64,000 nucleotides of DNA from Macrostomum lignano (GCA_002269645.1 NIVC01003689.1:18614-82613), one strand, 5' to 3'. Counted from the first letter of the stretch, positions 13,675 to 24,850 are shown. The notes: generated from the sequence alone by a model not told the origin. A program made the numbers and translations.

Positions 13675-14645
13675 CGCCAGCCTCCCAGATCCTCAGTTGC
13701 TGGGCCAGCCTCCCAGATCCTCAGTTGCTGGGCCAGCCTCCCAGATCCACAGTTGCTGGGCCAGCCTCCCAGATCCTCAGTTGCTGGGCCAGCCTCCCAG
13801 ATCCTCAGTTGCTGGGCCAGCCTCCCAGATCCTCAGTTGCTGGGCCAGCCTCCCAGATCCACAGTTGCTGGGCCAGCCTCCCAGGTCCTCAGTTGCTGGG
13901 CCAGCCTCCCAGATCCTCAGTTGCTGGGCCAGCCTCCCAGATCCTCAGTTGCTGGGCCAGCCTCCCAGATCCTCAGTTGCTGGGCCAGCCTCCCAGATCC
14001 ACAGTTGCTGGGCCAGCCTCCCAGGTCCTCAGTTGCTGGGCCAGCCTCCCAGATCCACAGTTGCTGGGCCAGCCTCCCAGGTCCTCAGTTGCTGGGCCAG
14101 CCTCCCAGGTCCTCAGTTGCTGGGCCAGCCTCTCAGATCTTCAGTTGCTGGGCCAGCCTCCCAGAGTGTCAGTTGCTGGGCCAGCCTCCCAGATCCTCAG
14201 TTGCTGGGCCAGCCTCCCAGATCCTCAGTTGCTGGGCCAGCCTCTCAGATCTTCAGTTGCTGGGCCAGCCTCTCAGATCCTTAGTTGCTGGGCCAGCCTC
14301 TCAGATCCTTAGTTGCTGGGCCAGCCTCTCAGATCCTGAGTTGCTGGGCCAGCCTCCCAGATCCTCAGTTGCTGGGCCAGCCTCCCAGATCCTCAGTTGC
14401 TGGGCCAGCCTCCCAGAGTGTCAGTTGCTGGGCCAGCCTCCCAGGTCTTCAGTTGCTGGGCCAGCCTCCCAGATCCTCAGTTGCTGGGCCAGCCTCCCAG
14501 ATCCTCAGTTGCTGGGCCAGCCTCCCAGATCCTCAGTTGCTGGGCCAGTCTTCCAAATCCTCAGTTGCTGGGCCAGCCTCCCAGATCCTTGGTTGCTGGG
14601 CCACCAGTCTCCCAAGTCCTCAGGTGCTGAGCCAGCCTCCCAGAT
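13675..14645. repeat. 28-bp minisatellite (CCTCCCAGATCCTCAGTTGCTGGGCCAG), ~34 copies
   Basis: Direct periodicity. Confidence 0.97.
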
Positions 14646-15337
14646 CTTTAGTTGCTGGGTTACGTGGCTTCCCGGACGTTTCAGCTGTTCTTATATTCGT
14701 ATTCGGCCTTGTGCATACCAAATTTGTACTTTAGCTGTAAAATGGGGCGTCTGCAGAACAGATAAAGTGAATCAAAAACTTCTCAGGGGTACTTGCAGCC
14801 CCCCCCCCCCGGAAGTCACAAGCAGGTTGAAATATCCGGTCGAAAAACTAATAGAATGAACGATTTGTCAGTTAAATGTTTTCAAAGCAAAGAAGCAATA
14901 AATACCAAATTGTCAAAAATTCCAAAAGCAGTTTTTATTTTTATTTTCAGTCAATTAGTTAAATTACGTGCGTAGTTAGTTAGTAGTTAGTTAAATTAAT
15001 TAGTTAGTTCAATTAGTTAAAGTCACCAGAATTAGTTCTACAAGCCATTGCCGTTGCATTGATGCTGGAGGCGATGTAGGCTGGCCGAGAGCAGCCGCCG
15101 CATCGCTTCCAAGCAGAGGCTCAAAGCTAAAAACAGCACTGAAAGGCGAAGCCAGAGTCGTTGAGTTGCGTCTGCTGTTGTAAGCAAGTTGGATTGCGTC
15201 CAGGTGCCGATCCCAGTTAATGTCAGTTGGGGAGCTGCAAACCTTGCGAAGCAGGCTGAGGCACGTTTGGTTTAGCCTCTCAGTTTGTCCATTCGTCTGG
15301 GGTTGGTAAGCACTCGTTACTCGTCTTTCCCGTACCG

Positions 15338-15520
15338 ACTAGTATCGCCGAGACATACCATTCGGGTCCCTTCCTTGGGGTCCCAGGGGATAAAATGGGG
15401 ATCTCGTGTCAACTTAAGGCTCTAGAATGGAGCCCAAAGCAAGGCTCCAGACCAAACCGACTGGAATCGATAACTGGTCGGACCAGGTGACTAGAATCGC
15501 CGAGATATCCCATCCGGGTC
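15338..15520 (+). repeat. Left flank: ~1.2 units of a 152-bp monomer
   Basis: ATCGCCGAG recurs at 15344 and 15496; sequence matches the reverse complement of 16433-16618. Confidence 0.9.
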
Positions 15521-16240
15521 TGGATGTGGCCTCGGCTATTCACCACTACCATCTTCTTACTCACTTTTGTTCTTTTGTGAGCGTAATACGAGCGTATATC
15601 CGAACTTGAGCTTGATGGCAGCTGCTTTTAGGGATGTAAAATTATGTATTGATCACCAATGAGCAGAACCAATTATTTTCCTCTAAGTAGATGGTGAAAA
15701 ACTCCTAGAGTGAATTCATCATTCACAACGCTGCTTTCAAACAGAATTGACGGTTCGCTAGCAGCAAGAAAACGAGGATGGAAAGGATCGCGAAGGAATT
15801 GTTCGGCAGCAACTTCCCAGAACACATCGCATAGCTCGCTGAGCAAAAATATTAAAGTCAAATGCTAACAACTCGAAACTCAACCCCTAACGCAGTTTTT
15901 TTCAAATAGAAAAAAAGCGCGATTATCTTTAGATAAAAATCTGAGTCTGACAGGGTCAGAAAAGAGGTTGCAAAATTCTGAGAATTGTCGATGCGTTAAA
16001 CCAGTTACTCGTTCGATTAGGTCATCTTTCGAAATTCCAGAAAATAAATTCGGATTGAAATACGATCGAAGAACATCTCCAGCACATTCGAAAAATTCCC
16101 GGGCCTCTAGCGTTGCGGATGAGAGGAGCCTGCGCATCGTCATTGGACCCGCATCTGCTGGTCTGTACATGCTTGGTCAAGTTTGCGGCCCTACTTAAAG
16201 ATTTCCCACAATTTGTGCCGATGCAGTTCGCATTACTCAT
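15521..16240 (-). mobile_element. Truncated ISL2EU/PIF-Harbinger-type (DDE_Tnp_4) transposase remnant with N-terminal C2HC finger-like motif
   Basis: CIGTNCGKSLSRAANLTKHVQTSRC; VTGLTHRQFSEFCNLF; frameshift into KLR*GLSFELLAFDFNI (HTH_Tnp_4-like KLRLGLSF..LA..F); then LLIGDQYII..RSYYAHKRTKVSKKMVVVNSRGHI, resembling the first-D region. Multiple stops and frameshifts. Confidence 0.6.
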
Positions 16241-16432
16241 GATAACAAATAGAATAGAAAACACAAAAACTAAAAATCAGTATCTAGCTACTAAAACTAT
16301 ACATACACACAGGGCACAGCATAAAGAAAAGCCAACATGGAATTATAATACTTATAAAGTACAAAGGAAAAAAAAGTAGCACAAAAGCAAAAAAGCACAC
16401 CAGGCCAGATATAGAGAAATAAAAGAATTTTA

Positions 16433-16618
16433 ATTCTAGAGCCTTAAGTTGACATGAGATCCCCATTTTATCCCCTTTATCCCCTGGGACCCCAAGGAAG
16501 GGACCCGGATGGGATGTCTCGGCGATTCTATAGTCACCTGGTCCGACCAGTTATCGATTCCAGTCGGTTTGGTCTGGAGCCTTGCTTTGAGCTCCATTCT
16601 AGAGCCTTAAGTTGACAC
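16433..16618 (-). repeat. Right flank: inverted, circularly permuted copy of the 152-bp monomer
   Basis: ATTCTAGAGCCTTAAGTTGACA at 16433 and 16596 (period 163 with a small internal duplication); near-identical to the left flank on the opposite strand. Confidence 0.9.
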
Positions 16619-17978
16619 CCCCTTTACGAAATTTGCAACACATAGTCAGGATTTAACGAGCTCCACTCTCAGTTGTGGTCGGCATTGTAACGCAATCCAA
16701 GCAGAGGAAGCCGAACAATCGTTGAGCGTCAGTAGGCACCTCAGTCGGATGTATTTCACGCTGTTTGCTAGTGAAATTCTTGTTCGTCTTCTCACATCTA
16801 TTGCACGACTTTACTACCGACTCTACAATTGGTGTAACAGTCACATCGCTGTGGAATCGCTCGGTAAAGAGGCCAATTAATGGTGCTCTTTATTCCCATG
16901 TGACGTGACTCGACGTGCAGTGTTTTGATTTTTTCCCTGACTTCATCCTCCGTAAAGAGCACATCCCGCGGCTGTCCCATGGGCGCCTTTTCTTGCTGCA
17001 GTTCCGGTTTCTCACTTTGAGAACAATTGACCGTCTTGGAAGAAAAAGGCTTTACTTTTTCCTCGAATTTCGCGCATCAAATTGTCCTTCACTTTGGCCG
17101 GCAAGTCTCCGGGAATGTCGACGTACTCGTTGTTCAATGAATAAAAGAACACTTGGTTTAAAGCCGCCTTTGCCATGTCTGTCTGTACTTGAAAATACAA
17201 ATACCTGTCACATTTGCAGCCTTCTAAGTTCTTAATTAAATAGCTTTTAAAATAGTAAAATAGAGCATGAGTGAGATGAAGTATACATCATCTAGAGCTC
17301 ACCCCTGCTAGGTACAGATATTAGCTGTTTGCATATAAAGGCCATGTGAGTCCCCGCACATGCAACCAATAATTATTTGGCAGAGTTTTAGCCCTGTGGC
17401 TGTACTTCGCTCATGTTTATTTTTACCCCCGGAGATTTTATGCCATTTTTGCCTTGCGTTGTCCGGGACTGGAGTTCGCAGAGCAGAGTCACACTTTCGT
17501 TTGATTTACTTTTTCACTTAATAGACAATCTACTCTACTATTAGTAGAAAAGAAAGTAATATAGAAGTAATTTGATTATATACTTGTTTCAACGAGTATC
17601 GCTAGGATTGGCCAGTGGCTCTGATTCGTCACGCATGGGAATCCATCGAATTTCGGGATTTGGAAGCGTTTGACATGCAGACAGGCGAATCATTTCAGAT
17701 TTTAAAACATTCATTTTCATGGCCACTGTTCGATTCCTGCTCCGCGAATACTCCCTCCACCGGTCTCTAGTGGCACAATAAGCGGACAGAACTACGCGTA
17801 GCTGACTGGCTGACTGGATTTTGACTTGTTCATTAAATTTTGCTGCTATAAAATCTGCGTTTTTTCGCACTCGCCGAATCTTTCACTGCAGTTTAGCATA
17901 AGCAAACTTGAGTCTACAAATCATAATTAGAATATTCTTTGTGGCTAACTAAAACGCTTATTCTTAGCAGAGAAAAAA

Positions 17979-19575
17979 ATGCAAATGAGGCTCTGCATAA
18001 TAACTAAACTGATTGTCGCCTCGGCTACCATTGCCGCTGTGGCTGTGCTGATGGCGGCCTCGGCCGCTGCAAGCTTTGACAACCCTGAGCAGGAGGGTGA
18101 GCGATTGAATTGAAATTGGTGCATGCCTTGTCCGTTTGCTAAAATGCAATTCTGTTGCAGACTGTTTAGCATTGAGCCAACACCCCACCCTCAGTTCATT
18201 CAGCCAACACCCCAACCCTCAGTTCATTCAGCCAACACCCCACCTAGTTCATTCAGCCAACACCCCAACCCCCAGTTCATTGAGCCAAAACCTCAATCCC
18301 AGTTCATTCAACCAACACCCCACCCAGTTCATTGAGCCAACGCCCCAACTCTAGATCATTCAGCCAACACCCCAACTCTAGTTCATTGAGCCAACACCCC
18401 AACTCTAGTTCATTGAGCCAACACCCCAACTCTAGTTCATTGAGCCAACACCCCACCCAGTTCATTCAGCCAACACCCCAACTCTAGTTCATTGAGCCAA
18501 CACCCCAACTCTAGTTCATTGAGCCAACACCCCAACTCTAGTTCATTGAGCCAACACCCCAACTCTAGTTCATTGAGCCAACACCCCAACTCTAGTTCAT
18601 TGAGCCAACACCCAACCCAGTTCATTGAGCCAACACCCCACCCAGTTCATTGAGCCAACACCCCACCCAGTTCATTCAGCCAACACCCAACCCAGTTCAT
18701 TGAGCCAACACCCCACCCAGTTCATTGAGCCAACACCCCACCCAGTTCATTCAGCCAACACTAGCCAACTCTAGTACATTGAGCCAACACCCAACCCAGT
18801 TCATTGAGCCAACACCCCAACTCTAGTACATTGAGCCAACACCCAACCCAGTTCATTGAGCCAACACCCCAACTCTAGTTCATTGAGCCAACACCCCAAC
18901 TCTAGTTCATTGAGCCAACACCCCAACCCCAGTTCATTGAGCCAAAACCTCAACCCCAGTTTATTCAGCCAACACCCCAACCTCAGTTCATTCAACCAAC
19001 ACCCAACCCAGTTCATTGAGCCAACACCCAACCCAGTTCATTGAGCCAACACCCCAACCCCCAGTTCATTGAGCCAACACCCAACCCAGTTCATTGAGCC
19101 AACACCCAACCCAGTTCATTGAGCCAACACCCCAACCCCCAGTTCATTGAGCCAACACCCCACGCCATCAACCCTGCTTTTATCAGTAGCGCCATTGACT
19201 TCTACCACCTATCCTGTTATCAGTTGCACTAACACGCTCTCCCCTAATTAACTACATGTACAAAACTTATCAATTCCTTTTAGTACATATAGGTGGTGTA
19301 GAGATATTCCTTTACTTTAACAAGCAACCCATTTTCGTCTCCAACTCTGCCATTCTCTCAAAAACACTCCAGACCGATCATCCACGCCTGTGATACCCGA
19401 CTACTCCAACCTGCCGCTTCATCAAGAGGCTGTTTACAAGCGCGGCATCGAGCTGCCTGGAAATATTCATTGTTGCGTCAACGGCATCGCCGGATGCTGT
19501 CGACGAAAACGCAGAATCCGCCGACGCCGAAGTTTCGACGATCAGTTGGAGTTCGACGCGAACAAACTGCCGTGA
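17979..19575 (+). CDS. 106-aa secreted prohormone/neuropeptide-like precursor (2 exons: 17979-18096, 19373-19575)
   Basis: Exon 1 MQMRLCIITKLIVASATIAAVAVLMAASAAASFDNPEQE is a hydrophobic signal peptide, with donor G|GTGAGC (phase 1). Acceptor CTCCAG|AC restores the frame of ORF 19390-19575: ..AVY-KR-GIELPGNIHCCVNGIAGCC-RRKRRIRRRR-SFDDQLEFDANKLP*. Confidence 0.8.
18165..19160. repeat. ~24-28-bp minisatellite (GAGCCAACACCCCAACTCTAGTTCATT) filling the prohormone intron
   Basis: Direct periodicity. Confidence 0.95.
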
Positions 19576-19838
19576 GCTTATAATTAGCTGCCGATAAATG
19601 AATGAAACAAACTCAAGCGCTGATCAAAATTTTAAAATGGCCGTGAGAAAAATTATTTTGTTTGTTAAATAAACTGTGACTTGGGAAATATATGATTGCG
19701 CCGCCCATCCGGTCAAGATGTTTATGATTTGGTCATCTGCAAGGATTTATTAATAAATGGATTTAAAGAGTTTTTTAGTCAATATTTTTATGAAGTTCAA
19801 ATAATGAGTATTTTTATGAGTTATCCATTCTCCATCAC

Positions 19839-20070
19839 CTATACTAAATCTCTAAGATCTGTTTGTCCATCTGTACGAGTCTGTCTGTCTGTCTGTCTCG
19901 TAACGCTCTAGAGATTGCAATTCTTGACCAATTTTGATGGCGTTTTCGCCAAAAGAATTTTAATTATCTGGAAGAAAGACAGTTAAAATTTCTTTAATCT
20001 GCTTCAATGCTAAAGGTATTAAATATTCGAAAAACGAGTTCTCCCTATGCTTTTAATGGAATGCCACACC
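19839..20070 (+). mobile_element. Helitron-like non-autonomous repeat, copy A (5' part)
   Basis: Starts CTATACTAAA, then a (GTCT)n tract and GCTAAAGGTATTAAATATTCGAAAAAC, shared with the copies at 24.1 and 42.3-43.0 kb. Confidence 0.5.
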
Positions 20071-20234
20071 AAATTGAATTCTTGATTGGCTGAATTCCAA
20101 TTCCAAAAATGATTGCGCCACAACTTTTCTCTCTTCACAGTGGCAGTGGCTGCGTGTGTACATTCTGACCCTGTGCATTGGCCCTGCCGAAGTGCCGTAG
20201 CATATATGGCTGATTTTGTCTCCCTCCGATCAAT

Positions 20235-20710
20235 AGGCGGAGTAGCCGCGCTGTAGACACTAGAACTATAGGTTTAGGCTAGGCGTAAGGTCCAAGGTTC
20301 GATTCCGCCTCCCGGCGGACAAATAACGTTGAATTAAATCAACTATTGGTAGCCTGTGCATCAGGCTACCATGCACAGGTGGCCTGATGCATGGTAGCCT
20401 GATAGCCTGATCAGGTCTGTAAGGTCCAAGGTCTGTAAGGTCCAAGGTTCTTATCCTTGGAATAAGGTCCAAGGAATAAGGTTCCTTGGAATAAGGAATA
20501 AGGTTCCTTGGAATAAGGTTCCTTGGAATAAGGTTCCTTGGACCTTATCCTTGGAATAAGGTCCAAGGAATCGGACCTTACAAGGTCTGTAAGGTCCAAG
20601 GTTCTGTGGGCCTGTAAGGTCCAAGGTTCGATTCCGCCTCCCGGCGGACAAATAACGTTGAATTAAATCAACTATTGGTAGCCCGTGCATGGTAGCCTGA
20701 TAGCCTGATC
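20235..20710 (+). repeat. tRNA-derived SINE-like head, partly duplicated, with an internal CCAAGG/CCTTGG short-repeat expansion
   Basis: A-box-like TAGCCGCG and B-box GGTTCGATTCC; ~90-nt duplicate at ~20285-20370 and ~20613-20710; no full cloverleaf. Confidence 0.5.
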
Positions 20711-21929
20711 AAAATTTTTTGATTAATAGCAAATAAATTATCTTTATTAATTAGCAATTAATTATTTTTGCTACTCAAGACAAGTCGCTAAGCAAATTTG
20801 ATTTGTAAAAAACTGCTTCGAGTATTACTGATCCCATCAATGGGTATTGCCTAGCTCCATGAAAGTTTGAAATTCCTAAACTGCAGACGATGCTCCGAGA
20901 CTGCTGAAGGTATTGCTAAATGCTGGGTTGTGCAAAAGACTGCCGATATGTATCGAAAATTGATTAGTGAGCCGTACAATGCCGATGAAATTTCTTGATT
21001 GCTGAAAGGATTATTGCAGTTTGCTAAGGAGATACTGAGAAGAACTGCAGTCTGCTGAGAGGATGAATGAGAATTGTTAAGGGAACAGTTGTAAACTGCA
21101 AATGGAATGACTGCAGACTGCTGAGGGAAACTGCAGATTGTCGAAGGGGTCATTCATGCAGACCTTTCAGACTTATGAGTGCTGCTGAAGGGATGACTAT
21201 CTACAGAGTTATTAGTGGATAATAGCTGTGAAGGATTAAATGCAAGTTGTTGAGGAGATTACTGGGGACTGCTAAGTGAATTATTGTAGTTTGCTGAGAG
21301 GACAATTCTAGGCCGCTGAGGGTATAAATGCACAATGTTAATGTAAGTTTTAGACTGCAAAGTAGATAAATACAGACTGCCAAGAGATGAGTGCAGTCTG
21401 TTTTGCGGGATTAGATGAAGGGATAATTTCAGGCTGTTGTGGAGATTTCTGGGGGGGTTCACTTCAAACTGCTGAAGTTACTAAACTTCTTGAATAGTGA
21501 GGTTATTTCGACCATCTGTCATTAAAAACGATAGCCGCGTTGTAGGCAGGCAGTAACAGGCATAGACTGAAGGTCGGCAGTTCGAGCCTGCATTGAAAGA
21601 ACGGATTTATTTCTGAGACCTGTGACAATGTGACAACAAGTGATTTACGGTCTCCTATGCAGATTCATGCAGATTTTTAACATTTAAAGTTGAATATACT
21701 TTTGCTGGGGCTGCGTTAATCTTCTAGAGCAGTGCTAATCTGATGTAAGTGCTAATTTGCAGGAGGTATCACTAATCTGGGTGAGCAGCGCTTATCGGTG
21801 AGAGCAGTGCTAATCTGACGTACAATAAAGTAATAAATATGTAAGAGGATTGCAAATCAATTTCAAGTGGTTTCGATTATTGAAAAACAAGTAGATTAGC
21901 GGCCAGCTGCGCACTGATTGAGAGAAACA

Positions 21930-22520
21930 GTGCTGGTGAACCATTGCTTGACTGCTGGTGAACCATTGTTTGACTGCTGGTGAACCATTGTTTGACTGCT
22001 GGTGAACCATTGCTTGACTGCTGGTGAACCATTGTTTGACTGCTGGTGAACCATTGTTTGACTGCTGGTGAACCATTGTTTGACTGCTGGTGAACAATTG
22101 CTAAACTGCTGGTGAAGCATTGCTTGACTGCTGGTGAACAATTGCTAAACTGTTGGCAAACAATTGCTAAACTGCTGGTAAACAATTGCTAAACTGCTGG
22201 TACACAATTGCTAAACTGCTGGTGAACAATTGCTAAACTGTTGGCAAACAATTGCTAAACTGCTGGTAAACAATTGCTAAACTGCTGGTAAACAATTGCT
22301 AAACTGCTGGTAAGCAATTGCTAAACTGCTGGTAAACAATTGCTAAACTGCTGGTAAACAATTGCTAAACTGCTGGTAAACAATTGCTAAACTGCTGGTA
22401 AGCAATTGCTAAACTGCTGGTAAACAATTGCTAAACTGCTGGTAAACAATTGCTAAACTGCTGGTAAACAATTGCTAAACTGCTGGTAAGCAATTGCTAA
22501 ACTGCTGGTAAACAATTGCT
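21930..22520. repeat. 22-bp minisatellite shifting from CTGGTGAACCATTGTTTGACTG to CTGGTAAACAATTGCTAAACTG
   Basis: Direct periodicity. Confidence 0.95.
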
Positions 22521-22599
22521 ATGAATCACTTTAATTTTTTTTAAAAACTTCTTTAAAGAGAAGAAAACTCAACTCAAAAAAAAGCGAAAAAGAATCACC

Positions 22600-23640
22600 A
22601 TGTCAACCATAAAAGAAGCAGCCTGTCCAGTATAAAAGAATCATTGGGAATTGCTAAGATGTCAGGGCTGGTATGGGAAATTGCTATAATGATGTGATTC
22701 TGGGGAGAATTACTTTGATTTCAAGTTTCGTTTGTGAAATTGCTGAGTTATAAAGGCTCATTCGAAGATTGCTTTGCTGTCAAAGCTCATGGGGATAATT
22801 ACTGGAATGCTGTGGCTGTTGGGGGAATTGCCGAGATTGTTAGGGTAAAGTAAGGGTTAAACCATAAATGAATTGGCCTGTCAAACACAAAATACTCATT
22901 GGGGAATGTCAAGGCTCATGGGGGGTATCTGAAATATACTGTGGCTCAAGGCTCAGGGGGAATTGCTGTGATTGCAAAACATGGGGATATTGCCGAAATT
23001 CTGTGCCTCAAATAGGAGTTGCTGAGATATCAAGGCTCATTGGGGAATTGCTGAGCTGTCGAAGCTCATGGGGTATCCGTGTAATGCTGTACGCTGTGGC
23101 TCTTGGGGTATTGCTGAGATGCTGAGGTTCACAGGGGAACGGCTAGGATGTCAAAGGCTCATATGGGAATTAATAACATTCTCGAAATGTCAAGGTTCAT
23201 TGGGAAATTGTTGAAATGCTGTGACTCGACAGGGTTAGGGTTAGGGTCAGTTTTGGTTCAACCATAGAATAACCGCTCTGTCAACCATAAAAGACTTGCT
23301 AAGATATCAAGACTCATAAGGGGAATCGCTGAGTTGACAAGGTTCATGAAGAAATTGCTGAGATATCAAGGCTCATAAGGGGATTGCTGAATTCTTGGGG
23401 GAGGGGAGTTGGGTTGTTGAGTTGTCAAGGCTTACTGGGCTGGGAGAATTGCGTAGATGTCAAGGCTCGAGTTTAATTGCTGCGATGTCGATGTCGAATT
23501 TCTGAGATGTCAAGGCCTACTGGGGGAATTGCTGAGATATCAAGGCTCCATGGGGGATGGCTGAACTGTTGAGATATTAAGGCTTTTGGGGGATGGCTGA
23601 ATTATTGGGGGAGGGGGTTGGGTTGTTGAGCAATTGTCAG
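22600..23640 (+). repeat. Degenerate complex repeat (GGGAATTGCTGAGATGTCAAGGCTCAT core) containing TTAGGG units
   Basis: 22630-22700 aligns with the reverse complement of 41020-41090; AGGGTTAGGGTTAGGG at 23231-23246. Confidence 0.75.
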
Positions 23641-24122
23641 ATCGTCAAGTAGTACGGCTCAAGTAGCTCATTTAATTCAGATATTAAAATAATACACACA
23701 GGTGATGCTGATTTCTGCTAATAGGAAATATAGGAAATACCAGCGTATTAATTAAAGGTTAATGGTTAATTGTTCTTTGAGTTAAGCCTATAAAGAGGGT
23801 CTAGGCCGTCCGGGATTGGCGTATTGAACTTCTGCTGCGGACTAGAATATTATCAGGCCAATGACGATATGCACTAAAAGTTCGTGCTTGAAAGGATAAG
23901 CACTACTTGCTGTTTGAAAAAGGGTTTTGGGCTGATGAAGGAAACTTTTTTAGCTGGTGAAAGTTTTGATTCATGGCAATTTATTTTTTGCCAAAATCAG
24001 AAAAAGTATTTTTTATTAATGAAAATCAACATTTTGGATAATTAGCAAGGTTACTCTTGGTCCAAAATAAAAACCAGTTGGTGTCATTTTTAAGTCCCCC
24101 CCAGTGGGGGCCAAATGGCTAG

Positions 24123-24850
24123 TCTAAATAACTAAATCTGAAAAGTTTCTATGCATGTACATAAATCTCTTTTAAAAGAATTTATCCAACCGATTTTTTT
24201 CAAACTTGCACTATTCGATCAGAAATTCTTGCGAATCGAATCGGTACAGTTATCTGAAAGCTTGCTTTATTTTAAAGGGATTAAATATTTGAAAAACATG
24301 CTTTTTGCAAAGGTCAAGCAGATTTTTTCGACTTGAAATGCATTGAAAAAATGTTAGAGAAAAAACTGACTGGTGAATTCTGATTCTGAATTGCTGAATT
24401 GAATTGCGTCACTGTGTTGAAAACACAGTGTGGAAGCAGAGCACTAGACTACTTGATTTAGAATTCGTAACCATATTGTCAACTTAATAGAGACTGGTAC
24501 TGACTTGCCTAAGCAATTAATTATATCATAACTGACTTGGTTTGAGTGTTGAATTATAAGTTCTACAAATTCATGATATCAAAACGATGAGAGCTAGCCT
24601 AGAGGTGAACAGACTGAACTGTTAATGCAGCGATGTGGGTTTGAATTTTTAGAGCGTCAAGTTTTTTATTAAAACTTTTTAACGTCAAGAAAACTAAAGA
24701 GAACTTTAAAAGAAACAGCATGTGCTTGTATGAAAAATAAAAAATGAAGCGTCACGTCAGGTTATCAAGGTGTTTAGCGTCACAGAAGTTTTTAAGTGTC
24801 CGGTTTGTGGACTGGAAAGCTTGACGCGACGAACATGCTCGTAGTTTTTA
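24123..24850 (+). mobile_element. Helitron-like dispersed repeat, copy B, carrying a tRNA-like segment
   Basis: Collinear over ~600 nt with the reverse complement of 42330-42979 (e.g. AAACATGCTTTTTGCAAAGGTCAAGCA, CGACTTGAAATGCATTG, CTAGCCTAGAGGTGAACAGACTGAACTG). The dispersed repeat is certain; the Helitron class is inferred. Confidence 0.6.

Larger units (their letters stand above)
15025..17200 (-). mobile_element. Decayed retroviral-type DDE integrase (Ginger/GIN- or Gypsy-like), split by an insertion
   Basis: Minus-strand pieces: NLMREIRGKSKAFFFQDGQLF (17012-17200); TLHVESRHMGIKST plus VKSCNRC (HHCC zinc site, frameshifted); FLCLDCVTMP..GAR*ILTMCCKF (first catalytic D, ~16620-16840); and RRVTSAYQPQTNGQTERLNQT..WDRHLDAIQLAYNS..SPF (catalytic E, ~15030-15335). 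Stops and frameshifts present; second-D segment missing; no RT/RNase H seen nearby. Confidence 0.85.

Noticed and set aside
17589-17870. Minus-strand 93-aa ORF as a Harbinger accessory Myb/SANT protein
   Set aside because: No convincing Trp-spaced motif or splice context; it overlaps the likely upstream region of the prohormone gene
20240-20320. Functional tRNA gene
   Set aside because: B box present, but D, anticodon and T stems do not pair properly; partially duplicated nearby
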